From: Prasinococcaceae sp. CCMP 1430
Lineage: Eukaryota > Plantae > Prasinodermophyta
DNA length: 64,000 bases
Reading direction: 5' to 3'
Assembly: GCA_013416795.1 (NCBI GenBank)
Contig: RQSC01000003.1
Location: 204,163-268,162, forward strand
This document shows positions 43,087 through 55,819 of the stretch, one piece after another. The notes beneath the pieces were generated by a model. It did not search any database and was not told the origin of the DNA. It worked only from the letters and a program-made list of their open reading frames with translations. The position numbers were made by a program, and so were the translations under genes. The stretch's first letter is position 1, and every line of letters starts with the position of its first letter.

Positions 43087-45415
43087 TCAGCCCAGCAGCT
43101 CGAGTTCCTCCGGCGTGAGCCCGGGCGCGTACGGCGTTTTCCAGTAGTTATTAGTGGTGAAGTCTTTGCCGCCTTCGTTGACGTCGTCGGTTTCTGCACC
43201 AGGGGCCTCATCGACCGACAGGTTCAGCAGCTCCTGTCTCACTGCGGCCATGTCTGCTTCGGCGCCGCCCTGCACGCCCACCGCCGTGCTTCCGCCGGCC
43301 GCGTCAGCGTCCTCGCCATCCTCCAGCTGCTCGAAGCCCGCATTCTGCGCATCCACATCCGTCGTGAGGCCCAGCGACGCGGGGGTGATGACGACACTGT
43401 CGCCCTCCTCCTCGTCGCTACTGTCCCCGCCATCGCTCGAGTTGGAGCTGTCGTCGTCATCTTCCCCGCCCGCCGCACCGTGCCCTGATGCTCGAGGCCC
43501 AGCGAGCAGCGGGTTGTCTTCGAACATAGTGTCCGAGTCCTGCCCCGCGGCTCGGTGCGCAAGAGCGTCCCCACCCTCGCTCTGTCCATCCTCGTCCTCG
43601 TCTTCATCGTCGTCGTCGCCCTCGAACACCCCGTAGCGCTGGTACATCTCGCAGCTCAGGTTGGACTGCATAGAAGACACCTCGAAACCCGAAGATCGGA
43701 AGTCGTCGCCGTCGCTGTCCATCGAAGGCTCCTCCATCATCGCGGGGCGGCCGCACTCCCATTTCGTGACGTTTTCGAGCTCGTTGCGCGTCGCCAGCAC
43801 GTCTGCGGCCCACGCAGCCCAGCGTTCATCCGCGTCCAGCGCCGCGGCCACGCACTCGCGCTGCTCCTTGAGCTCGGTGAGTTTGTTGCCCAGCATGGTG
43901 ACATGACCAAGGTTGCCCGCACGGAAAGTCTTGCCGCCGCTGGCCTCGCCGCCGATCATGGGCTCAGAGGTGGCACGCGTGAGCATGCCCACGATGTCCG
44001 CGGGGCGCTCGCCATCGCCACTGCCCACCAGCACGCGCGATACGACCTCCTCGGCACCGTGCTCAAGCGTGGTCGAGACAATCGCCTCAACGGGGTGGTG
44101 CAGGAAGTTGTTGAAGGGGAACTCCGTGAAGAGCTCGAGACAGCGCGCCAACGCGCCACATTCAACCACGGCGGCCACTGCGGCCTCGCCACCGCATTGA
44201 ACGACATTGGCGATGAGCTCAACGACGCGCAGACGGTGCGTGCCGAGCGGTGTCTTCAGCGGCATAAATGTCGTCAACAGCTCCTCCGCGTCAGGCTCCC
44301 CGTCCAGGCGCGGCACCAGCCTTGGCAGCCCCTCAAGGCACTCCGCAATCACCTCGGGTGTCGCCAACTCGCTCTCCACATCGGCCATGACGCTCTCCAC
44401 GCCGGGCATGCCCGCGAGCGCCATCTGCGCGTTAATGTCCATTGCCGCAGGCGGCGGGCGCGGCTCCAGGATGGCGATGATGACCTGCGCGGCGTGTGCG
44501 AGCAGCTGCTTGCGCGTGGCGTACACCACCTCGTTCTCTTTGTTCGCCTCCGCCTTGGCCCGATCGGCGCCCCCCTCACCCTCGCCCGCGCCCTCGCTGC
44601 TGCCCTCGCCCTCGGCGGCCTTCTTCTCCTCCGTGCGCTTCGACTTGGGCTGAATGACGACCTCGTCGTCCTCGTCATCGGCTTCCGCGGATGTCGCGGC
44701 CGCCGTAGTCGCCGAGGCCGCCGGCGGTGCGTGCGGCTCCGCGAGCCCCGCGTCTACGAGAGCGCGGATGAGCGTAGGCTTGGCGAGCTGCAATGAGAGT
44801 TCACCCGTCGTCGCGCGCGCGATCGCCTGCAGCATGAGACCGGCGTTCTGGTGAACCTCAAGCGGCTTGTCCGGTTTCATCTGTTCGAGCACTAGCTCCA
44901 CAAGGTTGGTCTCCGCTACCCACGCAACGCTCTCTGGGTGAAACGTCGCGAGCTGCTCGTCCGCGCCCACCAATCGCAGCATGACCTCGACAAGCACCGA
45001 GGTCGTGCCGATGTGCCGAACGAGCTTCGGCAGCAACTCGGCCTGATTATCTTCAAGGTACTTCATCGTGTCCGCGGTGCGGCGACTCAGCAGAACGCCG
45101 ATCACCTTGGAAAAGTAACCGGCCTGCAGCGGATTCAGCGGCGCCGGGCGGTCGAGGTAACCGAAGAGCTTCGCAACCAGCGCACTGTCATCGAGCAGCG
45201 TCGCGAACACGGCGTCAATCTCGCACGTGAAGACCTCGCAAGCGACGAAAGGGTACTTGAACTTGCGTGCGTCGTCGGCGTCCGGGGGGGGGTCGCTCAC
45301 CACATAGTCCACCAGCGCCTCGACCTGCGGGCCCCCGCGCAGGCTGCGCGAGCGGTGAGGCGCAGAGGCGCGAGGGTGGCGGTGGCAAAGCATCACGCGG
45401 AGAGGGAGGGTTCTC

Positions 45416-45467
<52 letters not shown>

Positions 45468-46359
45468 GGGGGACATAGAAAGACAGAGAGACAGACAGGG
45501 GCTCCTCTCTTCTCTTCCGCAGCGCACAGCGGGGCGAGTTCGAAACGCAGAAACAAAAAAAATGGCGCAAGCGCTACGCTACGCGCGCGAGGGGAGGCGG
45601 GCCCGTCCCGCGCGACGGCCTGAATCGCAGGCGGGCGGGCGTGGCATGCCCTGCCCGAGTGCCTCTGGCCCACCTGCGATCATCGCAGTAGCGCGGGCTG
45701 CCCGGCTGGCGCTGGGGTGCCCGCACTCTCCCGCCCGGATGCGCGCGCGCGCGCGCGTTTTTCTCACTATTTTTCTTTTTCTTGCGGCGCTTTGATTTTT
45801 TGATCGCGCAAGGCGAACTCGGGCGCGTCCTCGTTCGCTGCCGTCGCCACCGCGTGGCGCGCGTGCCGCGCGCCACGCGGGTGGGCGGGCGGGCGCCGGC
45901 CTGCGCGCTCACACGCATGCGTTTCCGCGCCACTCGCCCGCCTCACGCCCCCGTCCCCTCTGCACGCGCGAACCCAGCCGCCGGAGCACTCGCTTGCAGC
46001 CACGCCTCGCAGCGCCCTATTTCTAACCGGCTGGCAGCGCCGCGGTGCTCCGCGGCCATTGCAATGAGCACGCGCGAGCGCTGGCGATGGCCGCGCACAG
46101 CAACACGAACAGACCCACCGCGGGCCGGTCGCTCACTCCTCCGGCGCCAGCGCGCGGCCGCTGCGGCGCCGGCATCGGGCGGTGTCCGCTCGCGGCGCGG
46201 GCGCGCGCCAACGTACAATGCGGCGAGCCTGCTGTTGAGGCTCTTGCACTCCTGGATGAGGTCGTCCTCGTCCATGAGGTCCTCCAGCGTGAAGTCGCCA
46301 CCGTCGAGGATGCCCTCGATCGGCGACGCCTGTGCGAGGCCCGCCATGCGCCAAAACAT
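43087..46359 (-). CDS. SIT4/PP6 phosphatase-associated regulatory subunit (SAPS family); exons 46359-46217 and 45343-43087
   Basis: MFWRM, FTLEDLMDEDDLIQECK, KFKYPFVACEVFTCE, PLGTHRLRVVELI, FPFNNFLH, GNLGHVTMLGN. Confidence 0.92.
45419..45464. repeat. (AG)23 microsatellite in SAPS intron 1
   Basis: Perfect dinucleotide run read directly. Confidence 0.95.
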
Positions 46360-46912
46360 GGCTGCCTGCGGGGTGGGGACTCGCTGGGGCAGCTGGAGGG
46401 GGGGGGGGGAGGCGGCGGCGAACGCCGCGCGCGCTGTGGCTGCGACGGCGCTGCCGTGAAAAAAAAAAGAAAAAAAAGGCGCGAGGTGATCAGCAGGTCA
46501 AAGCCATCAAACAGCATTCCAATCATCAAGACGCACGCGGCCAGGCGCCTCTGCCGATCAACCTTCATGTACACAGTACGTCTTTCGTATCCACGGGCGA
46601 TCTATCGCTGGCCCGCGCGCGGCCGCGCGGCGGTGCCCCCCCCCCGTCCCAGACCGCCTGACAACGCAGCGCGGCGCGCGCGCGCGCTGTGGCGCTGCTC
46701 CTCCAGGCGATCGCGCGCCGATCGCGGCTTGCGGGCGCCCACCTGTGCGCGTGTGTCCTAGTCCAAAATATTATAAGTGGCGCGCGCCCTTGCCCCCTGA
46801 CGCGGTGCGCTACCTCAACCGGTTAGCCCCGACGAAGACGGGAGGCCCGCTGGGGCGCAGCAGCGCCTCCTACCGACGCGCACCTGGCGCGCGTCAGACC
46901 CACCCGCGGCGC

Positions 46913-47872
46913 TCAGACTCGCAAGATCTGCAGCTTGTTGCCAAAGCAGATGGCCACCCAGTCGGGCTGGGTGGACGACCACTGCAGCTGGTTGATCTCG
47001 GCGCCCGCCGAGTACGCAAGGATGGGGTCGAGGCCGCCGTCAACCGGCTGGCTCATCGAGCTCAGGTCCCAGATGAGGGCCTGAGAGTCGTCGCCAGCAG
47101 TGCATATGTGGCAGCTCGAGTGCGGCGCCCAGCTGAGCGAGTTGACGCATGCCTGGTGGCGCTGCAGCTCAGCCACCGGCAGTGTGGGGAAGCGGATGTC
47201 CAGCACGATCACCTTGAAGCTGTCCATCATGACCGTCGCCATGTAGCGCGGGTCCTGCTTGTTCCATCCGAGGCGGAGGAGAGGCGTCTCGGGCTGCGGG
47301 CTCTCGTAGATGATGGTGCTGTGCTCCTTGTCGCGCAGGTCAAAAACGCGCACCGACCCGTCGGCGGACACGCTTGCGAAGACCCCCGCGCCGCCCCACG
47401 CGATGTCGTACACTTCCTTGTCGTGCGCGATGAGCTGCGTGTCCACGCACTCGCGCTCGACGTCCCAGATTGTGCACGTCGTGTCGATGGACGACGTCCC
47501 CAGCCGGCGGCAGTCCGACTCGTTCCAGTCGAACGACGTCAGCGGCGCGCAGAACTCGCTGTTCTTGTTGTTGTTCAGCAGGCTCTTCAGCTCGACGCCG
47601 TCCTCCTTCACCTCCCAGATGCGCAGGTAGTCGCCCGTCGTCGCCAGCAAGTCCGGGCGGTTGCACTCCTTGTCGGGAACGAACATGAGCTTCGTCGTCG
47701 GGTACGGGTGCGAGAAGGACAGCTTGGGATCGGCCACGAAGTTGCCGCTCTCCTCGTCGAGCGTCACGATGTCCACGCGGTTGTTGTACTCCTCGACGAA
47801 GCTGCCGATGGCCAGGCGGAACTGCTTATCCCGCCGCACGCTCCAGTTCATGCCGTAGATCAGCCATGGCGC
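46913..47872 (-). CDS. LWD1: WD40 protein of the DCAF7/AN11/TTG1/LWD family; first exon lost at N join 48052
   Basis: [72 protein letters not shown]. Confidence 0.93.
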   Translation of the reverse strand, partial: APWLIYGMNWSVRRDKQFRLAIGSFVEEYNNRVDIVTLDEESGNFVADPKLSFSHPYPTTKLMFVPDKECNRPDLLATTGDYLRIWEVKEDGVELKSLLNNNKNSEFCAPLTSFDWNESDCRRLGTSSIDTTCTIWDVERECVDTQLIAHDKEVYDIAWGGAGVFASVSADGSVRVFDLRDKEHSTIIYESPQPETPLLRLGWNKQDPRYMATVMMDSFKVIVLDIRFPTLPVAELQRHQACVNSLSWAPHSSCHICTAGDDSQALIWDLSSMSQPVDGGLDPILAYSAGAEINQLQWSSTQPDWVAICFGNKLQILRV

Positions 47873-48052
47873 CTGCACAAAGCGGGGATCGCGCGGGGCG
47901 CGGCGCACGCGGAGGCGGCGGTCGCGGCGGCGACCGCAGTCACCACGGCGGCGGCGGCGGCGGCGGCGGCGTGGCTCGCGTCAGCACACTGCCCAGCAGG
48001 CCTGCGCGTTCCGCGCGCGCCTCTCTGCGCCCCCACCCTTCTCCCCCCCCGN

Positions 48053-48432
48053 GCAACCGCCGCTGAGGCGGCAGCAGCGGCGGCAGGGGCGCGCTCAGGC
48101 CGCCCCACGGGCCGCCAGATCTTCGAATCGCGCGGCGCGGCGGGTGCTGCTGCGAAGAAGGGCGCCGACAGCGGTGGCGGCAATGACGAGGACATCGAGG
48201 TGAGCCCACATTTGCGCCCCTCCGCCCACGCGCGGCACTCGGGCGCCGCGCGCGCGCGCGCGCTGGTCATCCTTGATCTGACGCCGGTGCGCCGTCCTCC
48301 ACGTGCCCTGCAAAGGTTGACCTGGAGGGCGATGGCGAGGCCATCGATCTCAGCGCGCTGGAAGAGCTCGACGACGACGAGCTCGCCGCCCTTGAGGCCG
48401 AGGAGCTCGACATTGAAGATGATGAGGGCTGA
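48053..48432 (+). CDS. 3' end of RWDD1/Gir2 (DFRP2)-like protein; intron 48200-48315; 5' part lost at N join
   Basis: RPTGRQIFE motif followed by acidic DLSALEELDDDEL tail resembles the DFRP_C region. Confidence 0.55.
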
Positions 48433-49186
48433 GATGCTCGTGGCGCGCGACCGCGCGCTCGAACTGTACTCTAGTGACGCAACCTAGTGGCTCGCGAGGT
48501 CGCAAGCGCGCGCTTGCGGGGCCCTTGCCATAATAACCTACAGTGGTGTGTCACATTACAAGGCGCCCTCACGCGGGTGGCGCGGGCAGAGCGCGCGTTC
48601 GGGCTATCCGCCAGCGCACCGTCGCCCAGGAGCACTGCGGCAGCCGTCGTCGTCGCCTCCGCCGCCATCGACCACCTCCACGAATCCACACTCGGCGAGC
48701 ACGACCAGCAGGGCATCCTCGACGGCGGACGCGTCGAAAGAGTCGGAGCTATCTCGCACGAGCTCCGCCGCGGCGATGCGTATCAACGCGGTGGGGTCGT
48801 GCATCGTTTCCGAGTCGTGGCACTCGTGCGCCCGCGCGGATGCCCGCAGCGCGGCTACGGCTACACTAAGCGCCACGTCGGCTCCGCCCGCGAGCGCGCG
48901 CCCCTGCGGCGCGCCCGCTCTGTGTGCGCGGCTGTTCCTTACAGGTGGTGTGCACGTCTGGTGCGCCGCCCCTACTATCATGCCTTGTGTAAACGAATCG
49001 CGAGGTCTACCGTGAGCCAGTGCTATGATACAGATGGCGACGCCAGCGCTGCCCGTGCCAGCGCGCCTCTCACATGGCGCGGACAACGCGACGTGCGCGC
49101 TCGCGCGGCAGCGTCCCCGCCGCGACCGGCGCCCACGCCCGAGCTCGGGCCGTCCGCCGAGCCACAGCCGCGACACGCGCCGCGCC

Positions 49187-49833
49187 TCACTCCGTCTTCT
49201 TCGAGGCGCTGTCCTTGGCGTCTCCGCCGTTCGACGCCGCCGTCCCCTCCGAGCTCGCCGCCGCGCCCTTGGGCGCTGCCGCCTGCGGCGCGAATTTGGA
49301 CAACACCTTGGCGTCCACCCACTGCTCGGCGGTCGCGTGCAGCTCCTTGGCGTAGGCGACCACGATGGCGAGGACCTCGTCGGCCTCTCTCTGGAAGGTC
49401 ACGTAGAGCCTCGGGAGCGTGAAGGAGACGATCAGCGCGGCGTACATAAAGGTCAGGAAGTGAAACCACGCCCCCACCTTGCTCATCGCGTAAAGCCCGG
49501 CCACCCACTTGAGGCTAAGCATCGTGTGCTTGCCCGACATGAGCTTGGCCATCAGGAACAGACAATTGTTGAGCGGCTTCACGGCCGCCTTGGCGAACGC
49601 GGCGGCGGTGTCCTCCTCGATCTGCATCATCAGCACCGGCGGCGCGGGGATCTTCACGAAGATGCTCGAGGCCGCCGCCCACATGAGCGCCGCCAGCATG
49701 AGCACGGCCGCAATGGAGGCCAGCAGGGTGACATAGGTCAGGCCGGAGAGCTCCATGAGGTAATACACCACCGTGGCGCCGAGCACGATGCCGGCGCTCG
49801 TCGACGGGCTCTTGTAGAGCACGAGGTCGGCAC
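49187..49833 (-). CDS. Reticulon family protein (main exon; possible upstream exon 50157-50082)
   Basis: ADLVLYKS...two long hydrophobic hairpins...SFTLPRLYVTFQREAD reticulon pattern. Confidence 0.85.
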
Positions 49834-52029
49834 CTGCATTGGGTTCAGAGCCGGAGCGAGACGCGTCAGCGCCAACGTCAGCGTGCGTCTGCGCGCGCGC
49901 AGGGAGAGAAAGAAAGAGAGAGAGAGGCGCTGCGGCAGCGGCAACAGCCGCGCGGCTGGTGTTCGCCACCCCGTCGTCTCGCGCGCGCCTATGCGCGCGC
50001 CTCGCGCAGCGCGGGTAGGAGCGCCGACCAAACGTCCTCTCGGGAGCCACTGCCGAAGCACAGCACCTCACCCACGCCTACCGTCCCGCAGCGCGCTGAC
50101 ATTTCCCCCCTCGCGCGACGGCGGTGGCAGCGCCGCCCCCCTTCCTGCCGCCCCCATTCCCGCCGCCGCCCCCGCCCGCGCGCGCGCGCGCTGCGCAAAA
50201 AAGAGCGCGCGCGCGCCGGTGCAAAAAAGCGCGCGCGCGCGCGCNNNNNNNNNNNNNNNNNNNNNNNNNNNNNNNNNNNNNNNNNNNNNNNNNNNNNNNN
50301 NNNNNNNNNNNNNNNNNNNNNNNNNNNNNNNNNNNNNNNNNNNNNNNNNNNNNNNNNNNNNNNNNNNNNNNNNNNNNNNNNNNNNNNNNNNNNNNNNNNN
50401 NNNNNNNNNNNNNNNNNNNNNNNNNNNNNNNNNNNNNNNNNNNNNNNNNNNNNNNNNNNNNNNNNNNNNNNNNNNNNNNNNNNNNNNNNNNNNNNNNNNN
50501 NNNNNNNNNNNNNNNNNNNNNNNNNNNNNNNNNNNNNNNNNNNNNNNNNNNNNNNNNNNNNNNNNNNNNNNNNNNNNNNNNNNNNNNNNNNNNNNNNNNN
50601 NNNNNNNNNNNNNNNNNNNNNNNNNNNNNNNNNNNNNNNNNNNNNNNNNNNNNNNNNNNNNNNNNNNNNNNNNNNNNNNNNNNNNNNNNNNNNNNNNNNN
50701 NNNNNNNNNNNNNNNNNNNNNNNNNNNNNNNNNNNNNNNNNNNNNNNNNNNNNNNNNNNNNNNNNNNNNNNNNNNNNNNNNNNNNNNNNNNNNNNNNNNN
50801 NNNNNNNNNNNNNNNNNNNNNNNNNNNNNNNNNNNNNNNNNNNNNNNNNNNNNNNNNNNNNNNNNNNNNNNNNNNNNNNNNNNNNNNNNNNNNNNNNNNN
50901 NNNNNNNNNNNNNNNNNNNNNNNNNNNNNNNNNNNNNNNNNNNNNNNNNNNNNNNNNNNNNNNNNNNNNNNNNNNNNNNNNNNNNNNNNNNNNNNNNNNN
51001 NNNNNNNNNNNNNNNNNNNNNNNNNNNNNNNNNNNNNNNNNNNNNNNNNNNNNNNNNNNNNNNNNNNNNNNNNNNNNNNNNNNNNNNNNNNNNNNNNNNN
51101 NNNNNNNNNNNNNNNNNNNNNNNNNNNNNNNNNNNNNNNNNNNNNNNNNNNNNNNNNNNNNNNNNNNNNNNNNNNNNNNNNNNNCAGAGGGGGGCGGGCG
51201 CGCGCGCGCCACAGCGCGCGCGCCGAGGCGCCCGCGCGGCCCCCCCTCGTCCTTCCCCCTCCCCCCGAACCCCCCGGAAGGGGGGTGTTGGAGGCGCCAG
51301 GGCGCGCGCATGTCGCACACGTCGGGCTCGAGCACGGGCATCGGCTGCCTCGGGTGCGGGGCGTCTGTGGTGCGTCGCGCTCGCGCGCGCTCGCGCGCAC
51401 TCGCGCGCGCACGCGCCGGTCTTTGCCGCGTCAGCGCCGGAGCGAGGAGCGGGGGGAAGGGGGGTTCCATGCGGGCCTCGGCGCGCGGCGTCGCGGGGGC
51501 GGCCAAGGGTAGGCGCGGGTGGGAGGCGCCCTCGTCAGCCCTCGCTTCGCTGCACTCCGCCCCCCGTCCCCGTGCGGGGCGCCTCCACGCGCGCGAGAGG
51601 GCGCCGCGGACGCTGCGAGCGCGGCGCGCACGAGCGCAAAAAAAAAAAAAAGCAACGCGTTTCGACGGTCGATTTTGTTGGCTGGTTCGTCGGACGGCAC
51701 AAAAAAAAGGCGTCGCGCGCGCGCCGCGCATTCGCACATTCATTCATTCATTCGCGCGTTTCGATCGACCGCGGTCCGTTTTTCCCGCGCTGTTTTTTTT
51801 TGTTTTTTTTGTTTTTGTTTTTTTTTGTTTTTGCTGGTGTCGCGCCCCCCCGCGCGCGCGCGCTTGCGAGCGGCGCCGCGTGCGTCGTCACAGGGTCCAC
51901 GTCGACGATTCACAGCACGCGCGCAAATACTTCAAGCGGTGCGAACAGGTTTGGGTTTTGTTCGATAGACCTTAAATATTCGAGGCATGGGGGGAGCGGG
52001 CGGGCGGGCAGCGCGCACAGCACGCGCAC

Positions 52030-52125
52030 ACACACGCACAGAAGAGTACACACACGCACACGCACACACGCACGCACACACACACGCACACGCACACGCA
52101 CACGCACACGCACACACACACGCTC
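52030..52125. repeat. (CA)n/(CACACG)n compound microsatellite
   Basis: Direct reading; reverse-complement type of the 22.1-kb hexamer. Confidence 0.85.
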
Positions 52126-53137
52126 ACGCTGTGGTGCACTGAGCGCGCGCGCGCGCGCGCGCCGCGCTGGCGCGCGCTCGTCGCACCGCGCTTGCGCTGG
52201 CGCTGGCGCTGGCNNNNNNNNNNNNNNNNNNNNNNNNNNNNNNNNNNNNNNNNNNNNNNNNNNNNNNNNNNNNNNNNNNNNNNNNNNNNNNNNNNNNNNN
52301 NNNNNNNNNNNNNNNNNNNNNNNNNNNNNNNNNNNNNNNNNNNNNNNNNNNNNNNNNNNNNNNNNNNNNNNNNNNNNNNNNNNNNNNNNNNNNNNNNNNN
52401 NNNNNNNNNNNNNNNNNNNNNNNNNNNNNNNNNNNNNNNNNNNNNNNNNNNNNNNNNNNNNNNNNNNNNNNNNNNNNNNNNNNNNNNNNNNNNNNNNNNN
52501 NNNNNNNNNNNNNNNNNNNNNNNNNNNNNNNNNNNNNNNNNNNNNNNNNNNNNNNNNNNNNNNNNNNNNNNNNNNNNNNNNNNNNNNNNNNNNNNNNNNN
52601 NNNNNNNNNNNNNNNNNNNNNNNNNNNNNNNNNNNNNNNNNNNNNNNNNNNNNNNNNNNNNNNNNNNNNNNNNNNNNNNNNNNNNNNNNNNNNNNNNNNN
52701 NNNNNNNNNNNNNNNNNNNNNNNNNNNNNNNNNNNNNNNNNNNNNNNNNNNNNNNNNNNNNNNNNNNNNNNNNNNNNNNNNNNNNNNNNNNNNNNNNNNN
52801 NNNNNNNNNNNNNNNNNNNNNNNNNNNNNNNNNNNNNNNNNNNNNNNNNNNNNNNNNNNNNNNNNNNNNNNNNNNNNNNNNNNNNNNNNNNNNNNNNNNN
52901 NNNNNNNNNNNNNNNNNNNNNNNNNNNNNNNNNNNNNNNNNNNNNNNNNNNNNNNNNNNNNNNNNNNNNNNNNNNNNNNNNNNNNNNNNNNNNNNNNNNN
53001 NNNNNNNNNNNNNNNNNNNNNNNNNNNNNCGCCTCGGCTGCGCCGCGGCCGCTCGCCGCGCGGCCGCCTCCCACGCAACCCGCGCCCGACAGCGCAGCCC
53101 GGGTTGCTGACGGGCAAGCGCCCGCGCCCTCCCGCAG

Positions 53138-53461
53138 GTCCGTATGCAGTGCACCGCGTGCCTGCAGGACGACCCGTACTGCAGCATGGACGACAACTAC
53201 ATGTACTGTGGCCCGGAGTGCTTCAAGATGCACTTCTGGATGCACCGACGCGGGGCGTCCTCGACGAGCTCGCCGTTTGGCACGTCGCCCACCGCGACGC
53301 CAGTGGGCAACGGCGGCGTGGCGGGTGAGGCGCATGGCGTGCACGGCGTGAGGCTGCCGTCGCAGCAGCCGCGGCCGGCGCAGCTCACGTCGCCGACGCA
53401 GGGCGGCATGCTCGGGGGGCTAAACGCGAAGGCGGCCGTGTTTCGGAAGGGACGGGTGTAG
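53138..53461 (+). CDS. Terminal exon encoding a C6H2/MYND-like zinc finger half and a PAM2-like C-terminus; upstream exons in gap
   Basis: CTGAC branch and CAG acceptor at 53137; MQCTAC...YCGPECFKMHFWMH; tail LNAKAAVF. Confidence 0.65.
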   Translation, partial: VRMQCTACLQDDPYCSMDDNYMYCGPECFKMHFWMHRRGASSTSSPFGTSPTATPVGNGGVAGEAHGVHGVRLPSQQPRPAQLTSPTQGGMLGGLNAKAAVFRKGRV

Positions 53462-54059
53462 GGCGGGGCGGCCCCACGGCCGCCGCCGCGTGAGCACGCC
53501 GCCCCGCCCCACCGTACCATGACCGCCACGCTAGCTTTTCGTCCCATTCCATGTCCGCTGTCGCTACACTTTGTATTCTACCACCGAGCCGCAGAGCGCC
53601 CGCGCAGGATCCCAGCGCACCCGTGTACACATTCTTCCAGCAACGAAAGGGGCACCGCCGAGAGGACCCAACCAGGAGGCAGCACGGGGGCGACGGCGCG
53701 CCCACCGGGGCCGCCGAGCACGCCCCCATCAGCCTCCGCACGCACCACGCGTCGTCCTCGCCCACACCCGACCCCTTCTTCCCCTCGCTAACGAGCAGGG
53801 GCGTGTACATGTACCAACTACCGCCACTCGCCTGTCGAGCACTCGCCGGCCATGGGTAGGTCATTTTTCTCCCACCGTAACATAATGCTGTGACATGGAA
53901 CCCACCCGGGCACGCTCGGCGGGGGCACAGCCTCCTCCCTCGGCGCGGCGCTGCGTGCGAGCGCGCGTGGGCGCTGCGTCGCGTGCCACCCGCCTGCCTG
54001 ACTAATATTTACACGCCCGCTCTCGCCCGCGCGCCGCCATGGAGTTCGCGCGCTCTCCC

Positions 54060-55674
54060 TCACGCGGAGGATGCCTGCGCCCATTCCTTGAGCTTGCTCG
54101 CAACCACCTCGCGGGCACGTTTCTTGGTGGCTTCGGTGGGAAGGCAGTCCACAACCTCCGCACCGAATGAGTACACGAGCGCCTTGCGCGCCTCCTCCTC
54201 GCGGATGCCGCGGCTCAGGAAGTAGAAAACCTCCTCGTCCTCCAGGTCGGAGATCGTTGCGCCGTGCGTGCACTTCACGTCATCCGCCACGATCTGTAGG
54301 TTGGGCTTGACGTTCGTGGTCGCGCGCGGCACGAGCAGCAGCGAGCGGCTCAGCTGCTGCGCGTTCGTCTCCTGCGCGGCCTTCTGGACGCGCACGTTGC
54401 CGTCGAAGACGCCGCGCCCGCTCGCGGCGTACACAATCACCTTGTGGAGCTGCTCCGCCGTGCCCTTGGGATGGTCCAGCACCAGCTTGGAGTGCAGGTC
54501 CTGCGTCTGCCCGTCGCCCGCCAGTGCGAACGTCTTCATCTCGGTCTCGGTCGCCTCGCCCAGCTGCTGCACGCCCAGGGAGTGGCGCCCCACCACGGCT
54601 CCGGCGCACACCTCGCTGGCCGCGTACTTGCTCGTGCTCGCCTGCTGGACGCGCGTCGAGTGCATGTGGAAGCTGCGGCGCGCGAGGCAGCGGGCGGCGC
54701 AGGCGAACGCGTCAGCACCCCGCGCGCCCAGCCAGAGGGGCGCGGGCAGAGCGCGCGCGGGGCGCGCAGGCGTACCATCCATCCGTCTGCCTCTGCAGCA
54801 CTCCGTGGGTGACGCTCGCGCCACGCGCGAGCACGACCTCGCTGACCGCGTTGACGGCATAGGCGGCACCCGGCGCGGCGGCGGCGCCCGCGGCGACGAA
54901 CTCCTCCTCGACCGTCACCTGTGCACCCTCACCCGCGACCACAAGCAGGCGCGGCGAAGCTATCGGCACCTCGGGGGGCGCCTCGCCGCCGCCACCGCCG
55001 GCGGCGGCGCCGCTGCTGACGTACAGCACGCGCACGGGTGCGTCGATCCTCGCGCCAGCGGGCAGCGCGACGACGGCCGCGTCGGTGAAGCACGCCCCGT
55101 TCGCCGCCGGGAACAGGTCTGGCACGCGCTCGTCGTCCGCGCGGATGGCGCCAGCGGGCATGCCCAGCGCCGAGAGGGCCCCTGCCCCCGCGTCGTCGCC
55201 CTCCAGCGCGCTCAGCGCCCCCACCAGCGCGCTGTCCGGCACGGCCGCAGTCGACGCGCGCGAGAGCTCGGCGGCATACACGCCGTCGACGAAGACGAGC
55301 CTGACGTCTTCCGCACCTTCCCCCTGGCAGCACTCGTCCACGACGGCCTGGACGGACGCCATGTCCGCCGCAGGGGGCGGCGTGGGCGTCGCCTTCATAA
55401 GCCCGGAGTAGTCGGTGAAGCGGTACGACTCGGCCCTGCGGGTCGGCTGCGCGAGCGAGCCCGAGCGGAGCGCCTCGCGCGATGCATCGCGCAGCGCGGC
55501 GGCCGCCGCGCCATCGGCGACGACGGGGAAATCCTCCGAGCACGCAGCCAGCGCGTCGATCCACGGCGTCGGGGCCGCCGCGGCCGCCTGCACCGCCGTC
55601 TCCTCCCCCTCAGCGCTCGTGGCGCTCGCGGCGGGCGCTGCTGCGGCCGCGCAATTGGGGGCGACTGCCTCCAC
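54060..55674 (-). CDS. sufD: Plastid Fe-S cluster assembly protein SufD; intron 54775-54673; first exon not identified
   Basis: PTRRAESYRFTD, LVFVDG, QDLHSKLVLDHP...QLHKVIV, GVFDGNVRV, VKPNLQIVADDVKCTHGATISDL, FYFLSRGI. Confidence 0.93.
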
Positions 55675-55690
55675 AGCGAGAAGGTGTCGG

Positions 55691-55819
55691 TGTCGATGGG
55701 GATATGGCGCCTAACCCTTAATGAGCTCTGCCGCCCGCCCGCCAGCCCCCGCGCGCTCGGCACCCTAGCGAGCGAGCAGCAGAGCTCATTAAGGGTTAGG
55801 CGCCATATCCGCATCGACA
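55691..55819. repeat. 41-bp inverted repeat (40/41 identity, 47-nt spacer) at the sufD 5' end
   Basis: Left arm 55691-55731 tgtcgatggggatatggcgcctaacccttaatgagctctgc; right arm 55779-55819 is its reverse complement with one mismatch. Confidence 0.92.

Noticed and set aside
48604-48980. Small minus-strand ORF (…MHDPTALIRIAAAELVRD…) between RWDD1-like and reticulon
   Set aside because: No recognisable motif and no clear start; it may be reticulon 3' UTR. Not supportable without RNA data.
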